Notes: generated from the sequence alone by a model not told the origin. A stretch of DNA of 64,000 nt from an uncultured Acidobacteriota bacterium (GCA_963827655.1 CAWHCF010000053.1:38363-102362), one strand, 5' to 3'. Shown: positions 1-16,197, numbered from the stretch's first letter. Made by a program: numbers and translations.

Positions 1-1437
1 CCGAACTGGACCGCCTGGCTCATTCGGGGTTTGATTGGATTTGGATGTTGAGTGTCTGGCAGACAGGTCCAGCCGGGCAACACGTTTCACGCAGTAACCC
101 CGAGTGGCGAAGGGAATTCGAGGAGACTCTGCCGGACCTTCGGGAAGATGACATCGCAGGGTCCGGGTTCGCCATCACCGGCTACACCGTGCATCAGTCC
201 CTGGGCGGTGACGCGGCCCTGGCCCGCCTTCGCGACCGCCTGCGGAAACGTGGTCTGAGGTTGATGCTCGATTTTGTCCCGAATCACACCGGCCTTGATC
301 ACTCCTGGGTAGAGACTCATCCGGAACACTACATCCCGGGGACTGAAGCCGAACGGGAGCGGGCGCCAGCAGAACTATACCCGGGTCAAACGCAAGCGCG
401 GCGATTTGATTCTGGCCCACGGGCGCGATCCGTACTTTCCGGGCTGGCCGGATACGCTGCAACTCGACTACAGCAACCCGCAAACTCAGGAGGCGATGAT
501 TGCAGAACTGCTGAAGATCGCCGGCCAATGTGACGGCGTGCGCTGCGATATGGCCATGCTGGTTCTGCCGGACGTCTTCGAACGAACCTGGGGCCGCCGG
601 TCGCAGCCGTTCTGGCCGCGAGCGATCCGGCAAGTTCGAGAGCGGGTCCCCGATTTCTGTTTCATGGCCGAGGTCTACTGGGACCTGGAATGGACGTTGC
701 AGCAACAAGGCTTCGACTACGCTTACGACAAACGACTGTACGACCGTCTCCGCGAGGGTCATGCCCGGCCCGTCCGTGAGCATTTCCACGCCGGGCTCGA
801 TTACCAGGACAAACTGGCCCGTTTCCTGGAAAATCACGACGAGCCACGCGCCGCCGCTACGTTCACTCCTGAAATTCAGCAGGCCGCAGCCGTCATCACC
901 TTTCTATCGCCAGGATTGCGGTTCTTCCACCAGGGCCAGTTCGAGGGACGGAGGAAGCGCATCTCGCCCCACCTGGTTCGCGCGCCTCTCGAGCCAACGG
1001 ACCAGGCGCTGCAACAGTTCTACAACCGGCTGCTTTCCGCGCTGCGTGTTCCAGCCGTTCGCAACGGGCATTGGCAACTGCTCGAATGCGTGCCGGCATG
1101 GGACGGCAACTGGACCTGGGACGGTTTCCTGGCCTTTGCCTGGCAGGACCCGAGCGGCCAACGGGTGCTGGTGACAGCGAACTACGCTGCCAATCAGGGG
1201 CAGTGCTACGTCCGGTTGCCCTTCCCGGACTTGGCCGGCCGCTCAGTGCGATTCAAGGACCTCATGGGTCCCGCCAGCTACGATCGCGCCGGGAACGATG
1301 TAGTGGCAGGCGGCCTTTATCTCGACCTGCCGCCCTGGGGCTACCATGTCTTCGAAATAAGAGCACTGGGGATTGACTCATGGAAACAGACCGGAACGGC
1401 TGGCACTTTCCGTGGCAGCTTTTCCTGTCCGAGCTGA
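1..1437 (+). CDS. GH13 alpha-amylase family glycosyl hydrolase (5' partial; apparent +1 frameshift near 369)
   Basis: ORF 45..533 has LMLDFVPNH. ORF 406..1437 has DGVRCDMA, AEVYW and FLENHD (GH13 catalytic regions). Removing one base near 369 joins them (ERAPQNYTRVKRKRGDLILAHG). Confidence 0.85.
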
Positions 1438-1627
1438 TCGGTACGGCTGCTTGCTGGTCTGCAGTTCTCTGGCGAGGCGAATCGAAGTAGCGAAGCTAGA
1501 TCATTTCGAGACTGATCGTCGGCGGTTATTTCACAGGATGGCGGCCTCCAATTAACCGTTAAGTCCAGAACCACCGGCAGGCGAAGCTGAATCAATGGCC
1601 GTCCCCACATTCTCGAACAGAGCGGCC

Positions 1628-2308
1628 ATGAATGCCCATTCCAAAAAAGAAAGCTTCGTTCATAGACACCTCGACCCCGCCAGCCGGATGGGCGAAATCC
1701 TGTTCGGCCTGATCATGGTGTTGACCGTTACGCTCACCGCAGGTCTGACCGTGAGAGAGGGCGGTACCGGAGTGCGCGAGCTTCTTTTCGCAGCGCTGGG
1801 CTGCAACCTCGCCTGGGGAATTATCGACGGTATCATGTACGTCATGAACCGCATGGCCGAGCGCAGCGTCAGGTCGCGTCTCATTCGGGCGATTCAAGCC
1901 ACGCCCAGCAAAGACGTCGCGCTCGAAATTATCCGGAATGAAATCGAATCAGAACTGGAATCTATCGCTCGTCCCGAGGATCGTGAGGTTTTCTACCGGT
2001 CCACGCTCAAGCATCTCACCCAGGGCGGCGTAATACTGAAGACCACATTAAGGAAGGATGACTTCTATGGCGGGCTCGTTTGTTTCTGGCTGGTTTTCGT
2101 CTCGTGCCTGCCGGCGGCGGCACCCTTCTTGATCTTTTCAGAACCGACGCGGGCGCTGCGCGTCTCTAACTTTCTCCTGCTCGCGATGCTCTTTGCTGTC
2201 GGCTATAAATGGGCGGCTTATGCCAACGCCAGCCGACTGCTCTTCGGCCTGGCGATGGTGGCCATTGGGCTCGCGCTGGTCGGCGTGGCCGTGCTTCTGG
2301 GGGGATAA
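1628..2308 (+). CDS. VIT1/CCC1-like integral membrane protein
   Basis: About five hydrophobic helices, EILFGLIMVL and GCNLAWGIIDG motifs, and a cytoplasmic insert between TM2 and TM3. Start is 1628 or 1595. Confidence 0.6.
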   Translation: MNAHSKKESFVHRHLDPASRMGEILFGLIMVLTVTLTAGLTVREGGTGVRELLFAALGCNLAWGIIDGIMYVMNRMAERSVRSRLIRAIQATPSKDVALEIIRNEIESELESIARPEDREVFYRSTLKHLTQGGVILKTTLRKDDFYGGLVCFWLVFVSCLPAAAPFLIFSEPTRALRVSNFLLLAMLFAVGYKWAAYANASRLLFGLAMVAIGLALVGVAVLLGG

Positions 2309-2964
2309 TGGCGCGTAGCACACTCACGACCGTGGTAGCGGCGCTGGTTTTGCTCGCCGGTAATGCATCCGGCCAGACGACGAGCTCCAGTCCCACAGCG
2401 CCTGCGCCGCAAACACCCATGAACCCCTGGTCATTCAACGCCTCCGCCTATACCTATCTCGTGCCAGACTCCCAGAACTACGTGAACCCCAACTTCACGG
2501 CAGATCGCGGCTGGTTTCACCTCGAAGCCCGCTATAACTACGAGGCCATCAAGGCGGGCTCCTTGTGGGTGGGATACAACTTTCAGGTCGGGAGCAAGCT
2601 CGCCTTGGAGGTGACTCCAATGGTCGGCGCTGTTTTTGGGGACCTCAATGGAATCGCACCAGGCTACAACCTGTCGCTCAGCTTTTGGAAGGTTGAGCTG
2701 TCCAGCCAGAGCGAGTATGTTTTTGACGCTCAGGACCGCTCTGGTAACTTCTTCTACACGTGGTCGGAGCTCACGTACTCGCCCGTGGACTGGTTCCGGA
2801 CAGGCTTGGTGGTCCAGAGGACCAAGGCCTACCAAACCGAGTTGGACATTCAACGAGGCCTGCTGGCGGGCTTCTCCTATAAGAAGGTCGACTTTACGGC
2901 CCACGTGTTCAATTTCGGTTGGACCGACCCGACAGTCGTTTTAGCGGTCGCCGTGAATTTTTGA
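2308..2964 (+). CDS. Exported putative outer-membrane beta-barrel protein
   Basis: TAATG overlap with the upstream stop, signal peptide MARSTLTTVVAALVLLAGNASG, alternating aromatic strands, C-terminal Phe (VAVNF). Confidence 0.6.
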   Translation: MARSTLTTVVAALVLLAGNASGQTTSSSPTAPAPQTPMNPWSFNASAYTYLVPDSQNYVNPNFTADRGWFHLEARYNYEAIKAGSLWVGYNFQVGSKLALEVTPMVGAVFGDLNGIAPGYNLSLSFWKVELSSQSEYVFDAQDRSGNFFYTWSELTYSPVDWFRTGLVVQRTKAYQTELDIQRGLLAGFSYKKVDFTAHVFNFGWTDPTVVLAVAVNF

Positions 2965-2995
2965 AACCAAAAGCGCCTTGCCAACGGAGAGACTC

Positions 2996-5068
2996 ATGCA
3001 AACAGCTCAAGCAATGACAGACGAGGAAGCCGCTCAACTGTGCATCAATACGATCCGCACCCTTTCAATGGACGCGGTGCAACAAGCCAACTCGGGTCAT
3101 CCCGGAGCGCCAATGGCAATGGCGCCGGTCGTCTACTGTCTGTGGCAACGCTTCCTGAGGTTTGATCCCGACCACCCGATCTGGCCCAATCGCGACCGCT
3201 TCGTCCTCTCGGCGGGTCATGCTTCGATGCTGTTGTATTCGATGTTGCACCTGACCGGCGTCAAAGCGGTCAATCCCAAGTATGAAACGCTGGGCCATCT
3301 GTCGGTGACACTGGAAGACATCAAGCGCTTTCGGCAGCTCGACAGCAAATGCCCCGGCCACCCGGAATATCGTTGGACCTCGGGCGTCGAGACGACCACC
3401 GGCCCTCTGGGGCAAGGGCTGGCGACCAGTGTTGGCATGGCGATTGCCGCCCGGTGGTTCGCGAGTACCTTCAATCGCCCGGGTTACGAGCTGTTCGACT
3501 ACGACGTCTATGCCCTGTGTGGCGACGGCTGCATGATGGAAGGGATCTCCGGAGAGGGCGCTTCGCTGGCCGGGCATCTCAAACTTGCCAACCTGTGTTG
3601 GATCTACGACAACAACCAGATCACCATCGAGGGAAATACAGCATTGGCTTACAGCGATGACGTGGCCACACGATTCATGGGTTACGGCTGGAACGTGACG
3701 CGCGTCGGTGACGCCAACGATCTCGAGCTGCTCGAGCGCGCCTTCCGCACCTTCAAGAATGAGAAGGAGCGGCCTACCCTGATCATCGTCGATAGCCACA
3801 TCGCCTACGGCGCGCCCAACAAGCAAGACACCAGCGCCGCGCACGGCGAGCCTCTTGGCGAACAGGAGGTCCGATTAACGAAGCGTCGCTACGGCTGGCC
3901 CGAAGATGCGAAGTTCCTCGTGCCTGACGGCGTGCGCGAGCATTTCCAGGCGGGCATGGGGGCGCGCGGGCAGGCATTGCGCGACGCATGGATGGCCAGG
4001 TTTGAGGAATACAAGAAGCAGTATCCCGAGATCGCCGACCTCGGCTATCGGATGCTACGCCGTGAGCTGCCCGAGGGCTGGGATCGAGGATTGCCGGCCT
4101 TTGCCGCGGACCCCAAGGGAATCGCGACTCGGGACGCGTCCGGCCAGGTACTCAACGCGCTGGCGAAGAACGTGCCGTGGCTGCTCGGAGGCTCGGCAGA
4201 TCTCGGCCCCTCATGCAAGACGCGCCTCACGTTTGAGGGCGCCGGCGAGTTCAGCGCCGAGAACTTCGGCGGACGGAACCTCCACTTCGGAATCCGCGAA
4301 CACGCCATGGGAGCCATTCTGAACGGGCTATCACTTTCGAAGATTCGGCCGTTCGGCTCGGGCTTCTTGATCTTCAGCGACTACGGTCGGGCCGCGATTC
4401 GCTTGAGCGCGCTGATGGAAATTCCCGTTATTCACATTTTTACCCATGATTCCATTGGAGTAGGCGAAGACGGGCCGACCCACCAGCCGGTAGAGCATCT
4501 CGCCTCGTTGCGTGCCATCCCTGGACTGGTCACTCTGCGGCCCGGCGACGCCAACGAAGTGGTGGAGGCTTACCGCTATATCATGCGACTGCACCACCAG
4601 CCTGCGGTGCTCGTGCTGTCGCGCCAGGCGATGCCGATCCTGGATCGCAGTCAGTACGCGCCCGCGTCGGGCGTTGCGCGCGGCGCTTACGTGCTCGCCG
4701 ACTCACCCGGCGAGAATCCAGAGGTGATCCTCATCGCCTCGGGAAGCGAAGTCAGTCTGGCCGTGCACGCTCACGAGAAGCTGGTCACCGAAGGCATCCG
4801 CTCGAGAGTGGTCTCCATGCCGTCCTGGGAGATCTTCGACCACCAGCCGCAGGAATACCGGGATAGTGTCCTTCCGCCCAGCGTGAAGGCGCGAGTCGCA
4901 GTGGAGCAGGGTTCGACCTTCGGCTGGGAGCGATACGTTGGCCTGTCGGGTCGAACTATAGGGATGAAGACTTTTGGGGCTTCGGCTCCACTTAAAGAGC
5001 TTCAGAGAAAGTTCGGATTCGAGCCGGAACGGGTCGCGGCGGCTGCCAGGGAGTTACTGGGCAGGTAG
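2996..5068 (+). CDS. tkt: Transketolase
   Basis: ANSGHPG, RDRFVLSAGH, TTGPLGQG, GDGCMMEG (ThDP motif), THDSIGVGEDGPTHQP. Start could be 2978-3014. Confidence 0.97.
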   Translation: MQTAQAMTDEEAAQLCINTIRTLSMDAVQQANSGHPGAPMAMAPVVYCLWQRFLRFDPDHPIWPNRDRFVLSAGHASMLLYSMLHLTGVKAVNPKYETLGHLSVTLEDIKRFRQLDSKCPGHPEYRWTSGVETTTGPLGQGLATSVGMAIAARWFASTFNRPGYELFDYDVYALCGDGCMMEGISGEGASLAGHLKLANLCWIYDNNQITIEGNTALAYSDDVATRFMGYGWNVTRVGDANDLELLERAFRTFKNEKERPTLIIVDSHIAYGAPNKQDTSAAHGEPLGEQEVRLTKRRYGWPEDAKFLVPDGVREHFQAGMGARGQALRDAWMARFEEYKKQYPEIADLGYRMLRRELPEGWDRGLPAFAADPKGIATRDASGQVLNALAKNVPWLLGGSADLGPSCKTRLTFEGAGEFSAENFGGRNLHFGIREHAMGAILNGLSLSKIRPFGSGFLIFSDYGRAAIRLSALMEIPVIHIFTHDSIGVGEDGPTHQPVEHLASLRAIPGLVTLRPGDANEVVEAYRYIMRLHHQPAVLVLSRQAMPILDRSQYAPASGVARGAYVLADSPGENPEVILIASGSEVSLAVHAHEKLVTEGIRSRVVSMPSWEIFDHQPQEYRDSVLPPSVKARVAVEQGSTFGWERYVGLSGRTIGMKTFGASAPLKELQRKFGFEPERVAAAARELLGR

Positions 5069-5145
5069 GCTGCGCCTTTGCCCCCGAACTGGACGGCTGT
5101 CTGCCGTGAAAACGGGAAAGCGAATGGAGGTGTTGTGAAGCAGCC

Positions 5146-7215
<2,070 letters not shown>

Positions 7216-7288
7216 TAGCTCCGCGGCCCGATGACGGCGATTGGTTGCGGTAATCGGTAGTGGCCTCGACCACGTGATGAGTGACGGG

Positions 7289-8163
7289 CTAAGATTCCTC
7301 GCGGTTCGAGGATTCGGAACCCGGCGCCGGGCGGTCGAGATACTTCACGAAAACAACCTCGTTGCGGGCTTCGTTGTAGAGCAGCTCATCGACGGTTGAC
7401 CGGGCAAGCAAGATTCCGAACCCGCCCGGACGCAATCCCTTTTGTTCCCGGACAGGCAAATGTTCCATGGGTTGATCGGCCGGATGGCTGATGGCGGCGT
7501 GGGACAGGTCCTCAAGGCGAAAGCCCGGTCCGGGATCGGCGATCCGATAGAGCAGCATGTGCTGCGTCCGGAGGTACGCAATCCGTACCTTGCGATTGGG
7601 ATCCAGCTTGCCGCCCCATTCGATCGCATTACTCAGCAGCTCGTGGAAGGCCCGGCCAACCGCCTCGCGGACTTCTTCGGGCAGATCGGCCTTCAGCTGA
7701 GCCATGAAGCCCTGAATCCGCTCGGCCGCCCGCAGGTCGCATGGGACGAGCAACTCCACCCAGTGGGGTTGGGCCGAGACGACTTCAATGGGCGGCGAAG
7801 TGGGGGAGGCCGACACGGCATCCTGTACCAGTTCAACCAGACTCGACGGGTCGACCGGTTTGGTTATGTACTGGTAGGCATGCTCGCGTATGGCCCGCAG
7901 CAGCGTTTCCGGGGTCCCATCGGAGGTCATAACCACCACTCGGGCGCTCGTAGGCTTGCTGCGCAGGTGCGCCAGCAGTTCAAGCCCGTTCATTCGAGGC
8001 ATCCAGATGTCGGTCAAAAGCAGGTCAAACTCTGCCGAGCGCGCTCGTTTCAAGCCAGTCGCGCCATTGGCGGCGGTCGATACATGGAAACCGGCCGTCT
8101 TGAGCACCTCGCTCAGGAACAGGCGGGTGGCACGCTCGTCCTCTACTATCAGAATCTTTTTTT

Positions 8164-8167
<4 letters not shown>
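7289..8167 (-). CDS. Response regulator with C-terminal RsbW/SpoIIAB-like (HATPase_c_2) domain
   Basis: REC domain ([20 protein letters not shown]), then [18 protein letters not shown] and GGFGI motifs. ATGA overlap with the kinase stop. Confidence 0.85.
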
Positions 8168-11259
<3,092 letters not shown>

Positions 11260-11354
11260 GTCGCAGCGCGTTTCTTAGGCGCTTAGTGAATCGTTCAAAC
11301 CAACATGTTGTCGTTCGCAAGGGACTTTCGTTCGGGGCGAAGTCCCCGAACGAA

Positions 11355-11381
11355 CCTTAGCGTCTTTGTGTCTTCGTGGTT
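11355..11381. repeat. Copy of the ACCACGAAGACACGAAG-type intergenic repeat, next to a perfect 11-bp hairpin at 11327-11354
   Basis: ccttagcgtctttgtgtcttcgtggtt resembles the arms at 26354-26442 and 55771-55860. Confidence 0.6.
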
Positions 11382-12612
11382 AAGCGACCGCCAAGACACA
11401 CAGGCTAATCAGAACCGTCGCGTCGTGCAGCATACCGCGCGGAAATGATATCGACATGGTCCCGATTTGCTGCGCGATCCTCGGAATGCTGAGAGCCAGC
11501 GGAACCAGAAGCTTCAAGGAACGCGCCGAAATCCCAAGCAGTGCCAGCCAGATCAGCATGGGCGACATGGTCCTGGCAAATGCATAGGCGTCGGCCCAGA
11601 CATCCGGTTTGGCCACAAACATCGCCGAACAGGCAAAGATTGCGGTCGCCAATTCCAGGAGTCCAAAGTTCTTCTTCCAGATGAAACCGGCCGCTAACCA
11701 TAGCGCGAACCATAACCCCAGGAGCGCCAGGTAATCCAGAAATGCCGCCATGGCGAGCCATTGTCCGGTTATTTCAAATTGGACGGGTTTAAGGGTGCGC
11801 GTCACAAGGCCGCTGAAAGGAATAGCCGACAACCACGGGGTCGCATCACCCCACAGTCTTACGTGTATGAAAAGCGTCCAACCCAGCCACGGAAGAGTCA
11901 TCGCCATGCCCAGCGCCGCCTCCTTGAATCGTCTCTGGAAAATGCAAAAAAGACAGAAAGCGGCCGGAAGAACCAGGCCGGTCTCGCGTGCCAGCGGCGC
12001 CAGAAGCAACACCGGATAGATTCTCCACGACGGCTGATAAACGCCGTAATACGCAAAAGCAACGCAAAGAGCCGCCAGGAGACTATCGACCGTCATGCGA
12101 TCGAGAGAGGTCGCGACCGCGGGAACCATCAAGAAACTGAGACCCCAAAAGGCGTTGCAAGATGCGCTTTGGCACAGCCGGCTTAACCACCACGATCCTG
12201 CGAATACTGAAGCCAGGACAATGCCGATGTAAGCGGCAGGAATCAAGTCGGCTCTTCCCAAAGCCATGACGTACGCCAGTGCCGGAAGCAGTATCCGGCG
12301 CCAGCGCAGCGGGGAGTTATCCACGTACTGAAGGAATTCACCCTGCAAGAAAGGGTCATGGGAGACATAGTAGTAAAACTGGCCGTCGTATCCTTGACTC
12401 TGGGGAACACGATACAAATCCCGATCCACCAGAGAAGGGGGAAGCGCGAGCTTATCTCCGATGCAGAAAAGCCCCGTCCAGTTACCCCCGTAGTTGTAGC
12501 GCACATCGAAGAATAGCCACGCCCAAGCCAGCGCCAGGGCGAGCGCGGCACAGCCGAAGCTTCGTCGTTCCGTGGCGCTTATTTGACGCATATTCAAAGA
12601 TAGACCAGACAA
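11380..12612 (-). CDS. Polytopic membrane protein, GT-C-like (cell-surface glycopolymer formation family)
   Basis: GYDGQFYY..DP, RWRRILLP and LARET motifs, about ten transmembrane helices. Confidence 0.6.
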   Translation of the reverse strand: MSGLSLNMRQISATERRSFGCAALALALAWAWLFFDVRYNYGGNWTGLFCIGDKLALPPSLVDRDLYRVPQSQGYDGQFYYYVSHDPFLQGEFLQYVDNSPLRWRRILLPALAYVMALGRADLIPAAYIGIVLASVFAGSWWLSRLCQSASCNAFWGLSFLMVPAVATSLDRMTVDSLLAALCVAFAYYGVYQPSWRIYPVLLLAPLARETGLVLPAAFCLFCIFQRRFKEAALGMAMTLPWLGWTLFIHVRLWGDATPWLSAIPFSGLVTRTLKPVQFEITGQWLAMAAFLDYLALLGLWFALWLAAGFIWKKNFGLLELATAIFACSAMFVAKPDVWADAYAFARTMSPMLIWLALLGISARSLKLLVPLALSIPRIAQQIGTMSISFPRGMLHDATVLISLCVLAVA

Positions 12613-13182
12613 GGGCTCGAGTAAGAATTACGGTACATTTTGCCGGCCGCCGCAGGAGCGGCAATCGCCCGGGTGATAGGCGCGAAGCGCGTAAGATCAC
12701 TCAGAATAGCGCCATCGATATCGCGGATCATCAACAAATGTTTGACGTGGCGTGGAAAAGGATCCATGATCCGGCACCAAGATCAAATTACCTTGCAAGG
12801 GACGATCGTCAGGCGGCTTCCGGGCGCCGATTGCCGGCGGATGATTCAGTCAGGCTGCGGGGCAGTATCCTGTAACGTTCTGACGATCCGATGCACCATT
12901 ACTAGACGAGCCGGCCGCCATTGGCCGGTCAGGTCACGGCTTGACCGGCAAAGCCGACCGATTTCAAGAGTCGCGGCCGGCTGATACCCAGAGAGGTTCG
13001 CCCCGCCAACCGAGCTGAACCTGCTGACAGCCCTCGGGCTTTATGACGCTAACCAAAGTCAGTAACAATGTCTGAGGGACACCATTACAAAGTAAACCAC
13101 TCCTTCTATCGTGTGTTCCCCCGGTGAGGGCTTGGGGTCGTGCGGCCTCAAGAAAACAACAACCAAACAGAAAGGATTGACC

Positions 13183-14055
13183 ATGGCAAGAAGAGCAGTG
13201 CAGGTAGGCATCAACAACTACAAGAGCATCGGCGACCTGAACGGATGCCTCAATGATGTCACCAACGTGCGTGGCATCTTGAAGGGTCTGCTCGGATTCA
13301 CCAATGAAGAAATCAGGGTTCTCACGGACGACCGCGCTACCAAGGCTAACATCCTGGATCGGCTCAATTGGCTGGTCAAGGGCGCCAAGTCGGGTGACTA
13401 TCTTGTCTTCCATTACTCCGGGCACGGCTCCCAGATCCGCGATCGACAAGGCGATGAGCTGTCCGACAGTCTGGACGAGCTGATCTGCCCTTGGGACATG
13501 GATTGGAATGCCGGTACCTACATCACCGATGATGATCTCAACAAGATTTTTACCACTCTTCCGGCAGGTGTCCTGCTCGAGGTCTATCTGGACTCGTGCA
13601 ATTCGGGTACCGGGCTGAGAGTGCTTGACCTGGGCCGACCTTCCGAGCTCGGGCCGCCGCACCCCACCCTGAACCGATATATCGAGCCGCCGGTCGATCT
13701 TCTCGCTCGATTCGAGGGCGAGGAAGACCAGCTCAAACGCAAGAAGCTGCTGGCAGGCGCTACTCGCGCCCCTGTGCACCATATCCTCTGGGCTGGATGC
13801 ATGGACAATCAAACCTGTGCCGACGCCTTCATCGATGGCAGCTACAACGGGGCCTTCAGCTATTACTTCTGCAAAGTCATGCGTGAAACCGGCAATCGAC
13901 TCTCGCGGGCCGAGGTTCTGAGCCGTGTGCGCAGCGCCTTGAAGAAGGGCAACTATACCCAGATCCCGCAACTGGAAACCGAGGCCACAACCAGGAAGTC
14001 CCGTTTTGCGGCGCCCGGCGAAGGCACCACTGCCCGTGGCGCGGGCAAAGCCTGA
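13183..14055 (+). CDS. Metacaspase (peptidase C14)
   Basis: VGINNY, GCLND, FHYSGHG (catalytic His), LDSCNSG (catalytic Cys), GAFSY, QIPQL. RBS aaagga upstream. Confidence 0.92.
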   Translation: MARRAVQVGINNYKSIGDLNGCLNDVTNVRGILKGLLGFTNEEIRVLTDDRATKANILDRLNWLVKGAKSGDYLVFHYSGHGSQIRDRQGDELSDSLDELICPWDMDWNAGTYITDDDLNKIFTTLPAGVLLEVYLDSCNSGTGLRVLDLGRPSELGPPHPTLNRYIEPPVDLLARFEGEEDQLKRKKLLAGATRAPVHHILWAGCMDNQTCADAFIDGSYNGAFSYYFCKVMRETGNRLSRAEVLSRVRSALKKGNYTQIPQLETEATTRKSRFAAPGEGTTARGAGKA

Positions 14056-14369
14056 AACGACAGCAAGACCGTTTAGCCCGGATGGCTTCAAAGACTGGTC
14101 ACGCATTCCTGATTGGAATGAGTCATCCGGCGGCCCCCCAAACTGCCGCGTACACCCGACTGCCCGGAAAGCGGGCGTCGGGTGGCGCTGGCGTTGTTGG
14201 GGATAGCAACTTCAGGCGACGGGCCGTCCGAGACTGTTGCAAAACCCCCCGGTACATGTGCGGACGGGCTATCAAGCCCTCCGCTCCGGCACGAAAACAA
14301 GTTGATAGACGTTGCAAATACTAGACAGGCTTCATGTCGGACGGGCATCAAGCCGATCCGTCGCGGCGA

Positions 14370-14770
14370 TTACTTCGTGACGCAAGGCGATCAATGGGAT
14401 CGAGCTTCGCCGCCCGCAGTGCCGGCAGGAAACTCGCGCAGGCCGCAACACCAGCCAGCAACACGCATGCTGCAACCAGCGTCACGGGATCGTACGGCAT
14501 AAGGCCGAACAGCAGCGGGCTCGCGCCGCGTCCCGCAACCAGAGCAAGCGCCACGCCAATCAAATTCCAATAATTATCAGCCGAGCCGCTTCGCGCATCA
14601 CCATTGTCAGCACCTGCCCGGGCCGCGCTCCTAACGCAAGGCGAATGCCAATTTCGGTCCGGCGGCGCGCCACAAGATAAGAGATCACTCCGTACAGTCC
14701 GACCATGGCCAGAAGCGCGGCCAGGAGGCCGAAGAAGCCGGACAGCATCGCCATCCGCCTCCGCGCCGAC
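14370..14770 (-). pseudogene. 3' remnant of an ADOP/FtsX-type ABC transporter permease
   Basis: VGLYGVISYLVARRRTEIGIRLALGA, then after a frameshift LFGLMPYDPVT..FLPALRAAKLDP. No N-terminal part present. Confidence 0.8.
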
Positions 14771-14894
14771 CATGGTGCCGTCTCCAGGTCCGCGTCTCCC
14801 TGGAAACTCGCTGGAAACAAAAGGAGAAAACATCTATGCTGAACCGGCTCGCGTGGAGCAGATTCCTGTCTTTATTCGTCGCGCCTCCTTAAGT

Positions 14895-16121
14895 ATGAAT
14901 GCTCTGGTTCGAATTCAGCTTTCGGCAATGATGTTCCTCGAATACTTCATCTGGGGAGCCTGGTTTGTGACCCTGGGGACCTACCTGGGCACGGCGCTCA
15001 ATTATGACGGAGGCCAGATCGGGCTTGCCTACGGCACCACGGCGGTGGCGGCGATCGTCTCGCCGGTTTTCGTGGGCATGATCGCCGACCGGTTTTTCGC
15101 CACCGAGAAAATCCTGGCGCTGCTGCACCTCGCCGGCGGGCTACTCCTTTACTACGCGTCAACGGTTTCCACCTTCGGTCTCTTCTACGCGACGCTGCTC
15201 GGCTACACGCTCTGCTATATGCCGACGCTCGCGCTGACGAACTCGCTCTCCTTTCACCAGATGAAGGAGCCGGGAAAGACCTTTCCATCGATCCGCGTCC
15301 TGGGCACGATCGGTTGGATCGTCGCGGGGTTGATCATCGGCCGGCTTGCCCTCGAGGCGACGGCAGTCCCGCTTCGGATCGCAGCGGTCGCCTCGATTGT
15401 CATGGGTCTGTATTGCCTGACGCTTCCCCACACTCCTCCGAAGAAGACCGGCGAACAGGTCTCCATCCGAGTCGCGCTGGGCCTTGACGCGCTCGGCCTC
15501 CTGAAGGACCGCTCGTTTGCGATCTTCACGGTGAGTTCGTTTCTCGTCTGTATCCCGCTCCAGTTTTATTACGCCTTCACGAATTTCTTTTTGAATGAGC
15601 TGGGCGTGCCGGAGCCGGCAAGCAAGATGACGATGGGGCAAATGTCGGAGATCTTCTTCATGCTGGTGATGCCGTTTTTCTTCGTTCGGCTGGGAGTGAA
15701 GAAGATGCTTCTGGTCGGAATGGCTTGCTGGGCGGCCCGCTATCTACTTTTTACCCTGGGGGACTCAGGGACGCTAGTGTGGATGCTCTACGGGGGGATC
15801 ATCCTGCACGGAATCTGCTACGACTTTTTCTTTGTCACCGGTCAGATTTACGTCGACCGGGCCGCGCCGCCCGAGATTCGCGCCGCCGCTCAGGGCTTCC
15901 TGACCTTCGTGACCTGGGGAATCGGGATGTTAGTGGGCTCCTGGGCCTCGGGGCAGATCGTGCAATACTTTACCTATTCGGACGGCGCCGGGGTCGTGCG
16001 CCATCACTGGGACAGAATCTGGGCGTTCCCCGCGCTTGCGGCTGCGGCCATTCTGGTCTTTTTCGCTCTTTTCTTTCGCGAGCCGGTGAAACCGAAGGAG
16101 TCGAAGGCGCTGGCCGCGTGA
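14895..16121 (+). CDS. Nucleoside:H+ symporter (NupG/XapB-like MFS)
   Basis: MMFLEYFIWGAW, GMIADRFF, YMPTLAL, IRVLGTIGW, GQMSEI, LHGICYDF, AAAQG. Confidence 0.92.
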   Translation: MNALVRIQLSAMMFLEYFIWGAWFVTLGTYLGTALNYDGGQIGLAYGTTAVAAIVSPVFVGMIADRFFATEKILALLHLAGGLLLYYASTVSTFGLFYATLLGYTLCYMPTLALTNSLSFHQMKEPGKTFPSIRVLGTIGWIVAGLIIGRLALEATAVPLRIAAVASIVMGLYCLTLPHTPPKKTGEQVSIRVALGLDALGLLKDRSFAIFTVSSFLVCIPLQFYYAFTNFFLNELGVPEPASKMTMGQMSEIFFMLVMPFFFVRLGVKKMLLVGMACWAARYLLFTLGDSGTLVWMLYGGIILHGICYDFFFVTGQIYVDRAAPPEIRAAAQGFLTFVTWGIGMLVGSWASGQIVQYFTYSDGAGVVRHHWDRIWAFPALAAAAILVFFALFFREPVKPKESKALAA

Positions 16122-16129
16122 ATTGAGAC

Positions 16130-16197
16130 TGCGTCAGTAGCCCTTCAGCCACTCGAACATCGACATTCTCATCGGTGTAGATTCTTAACTTGGCCAA
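16130..16197 (-). pseudogene. Truncated DUF5615/PIN-like toxin (N-terminal ~22 codons)
   Basis: LAKLRIYTDENVDVRVAEGL matches the PIN-like N-terminal motif and overlaps the DUF433 gene end. Similarity stops at the convergent permease gene. Confidence 0.65.

Noticed and set aside
12970-13030. TPP riboswitch-like words (ctga, tacc, gaacctg)
   Set aside because: Order and spacing do not fit the TPP consensus, and the downstream gene is unrelated to thiamine.
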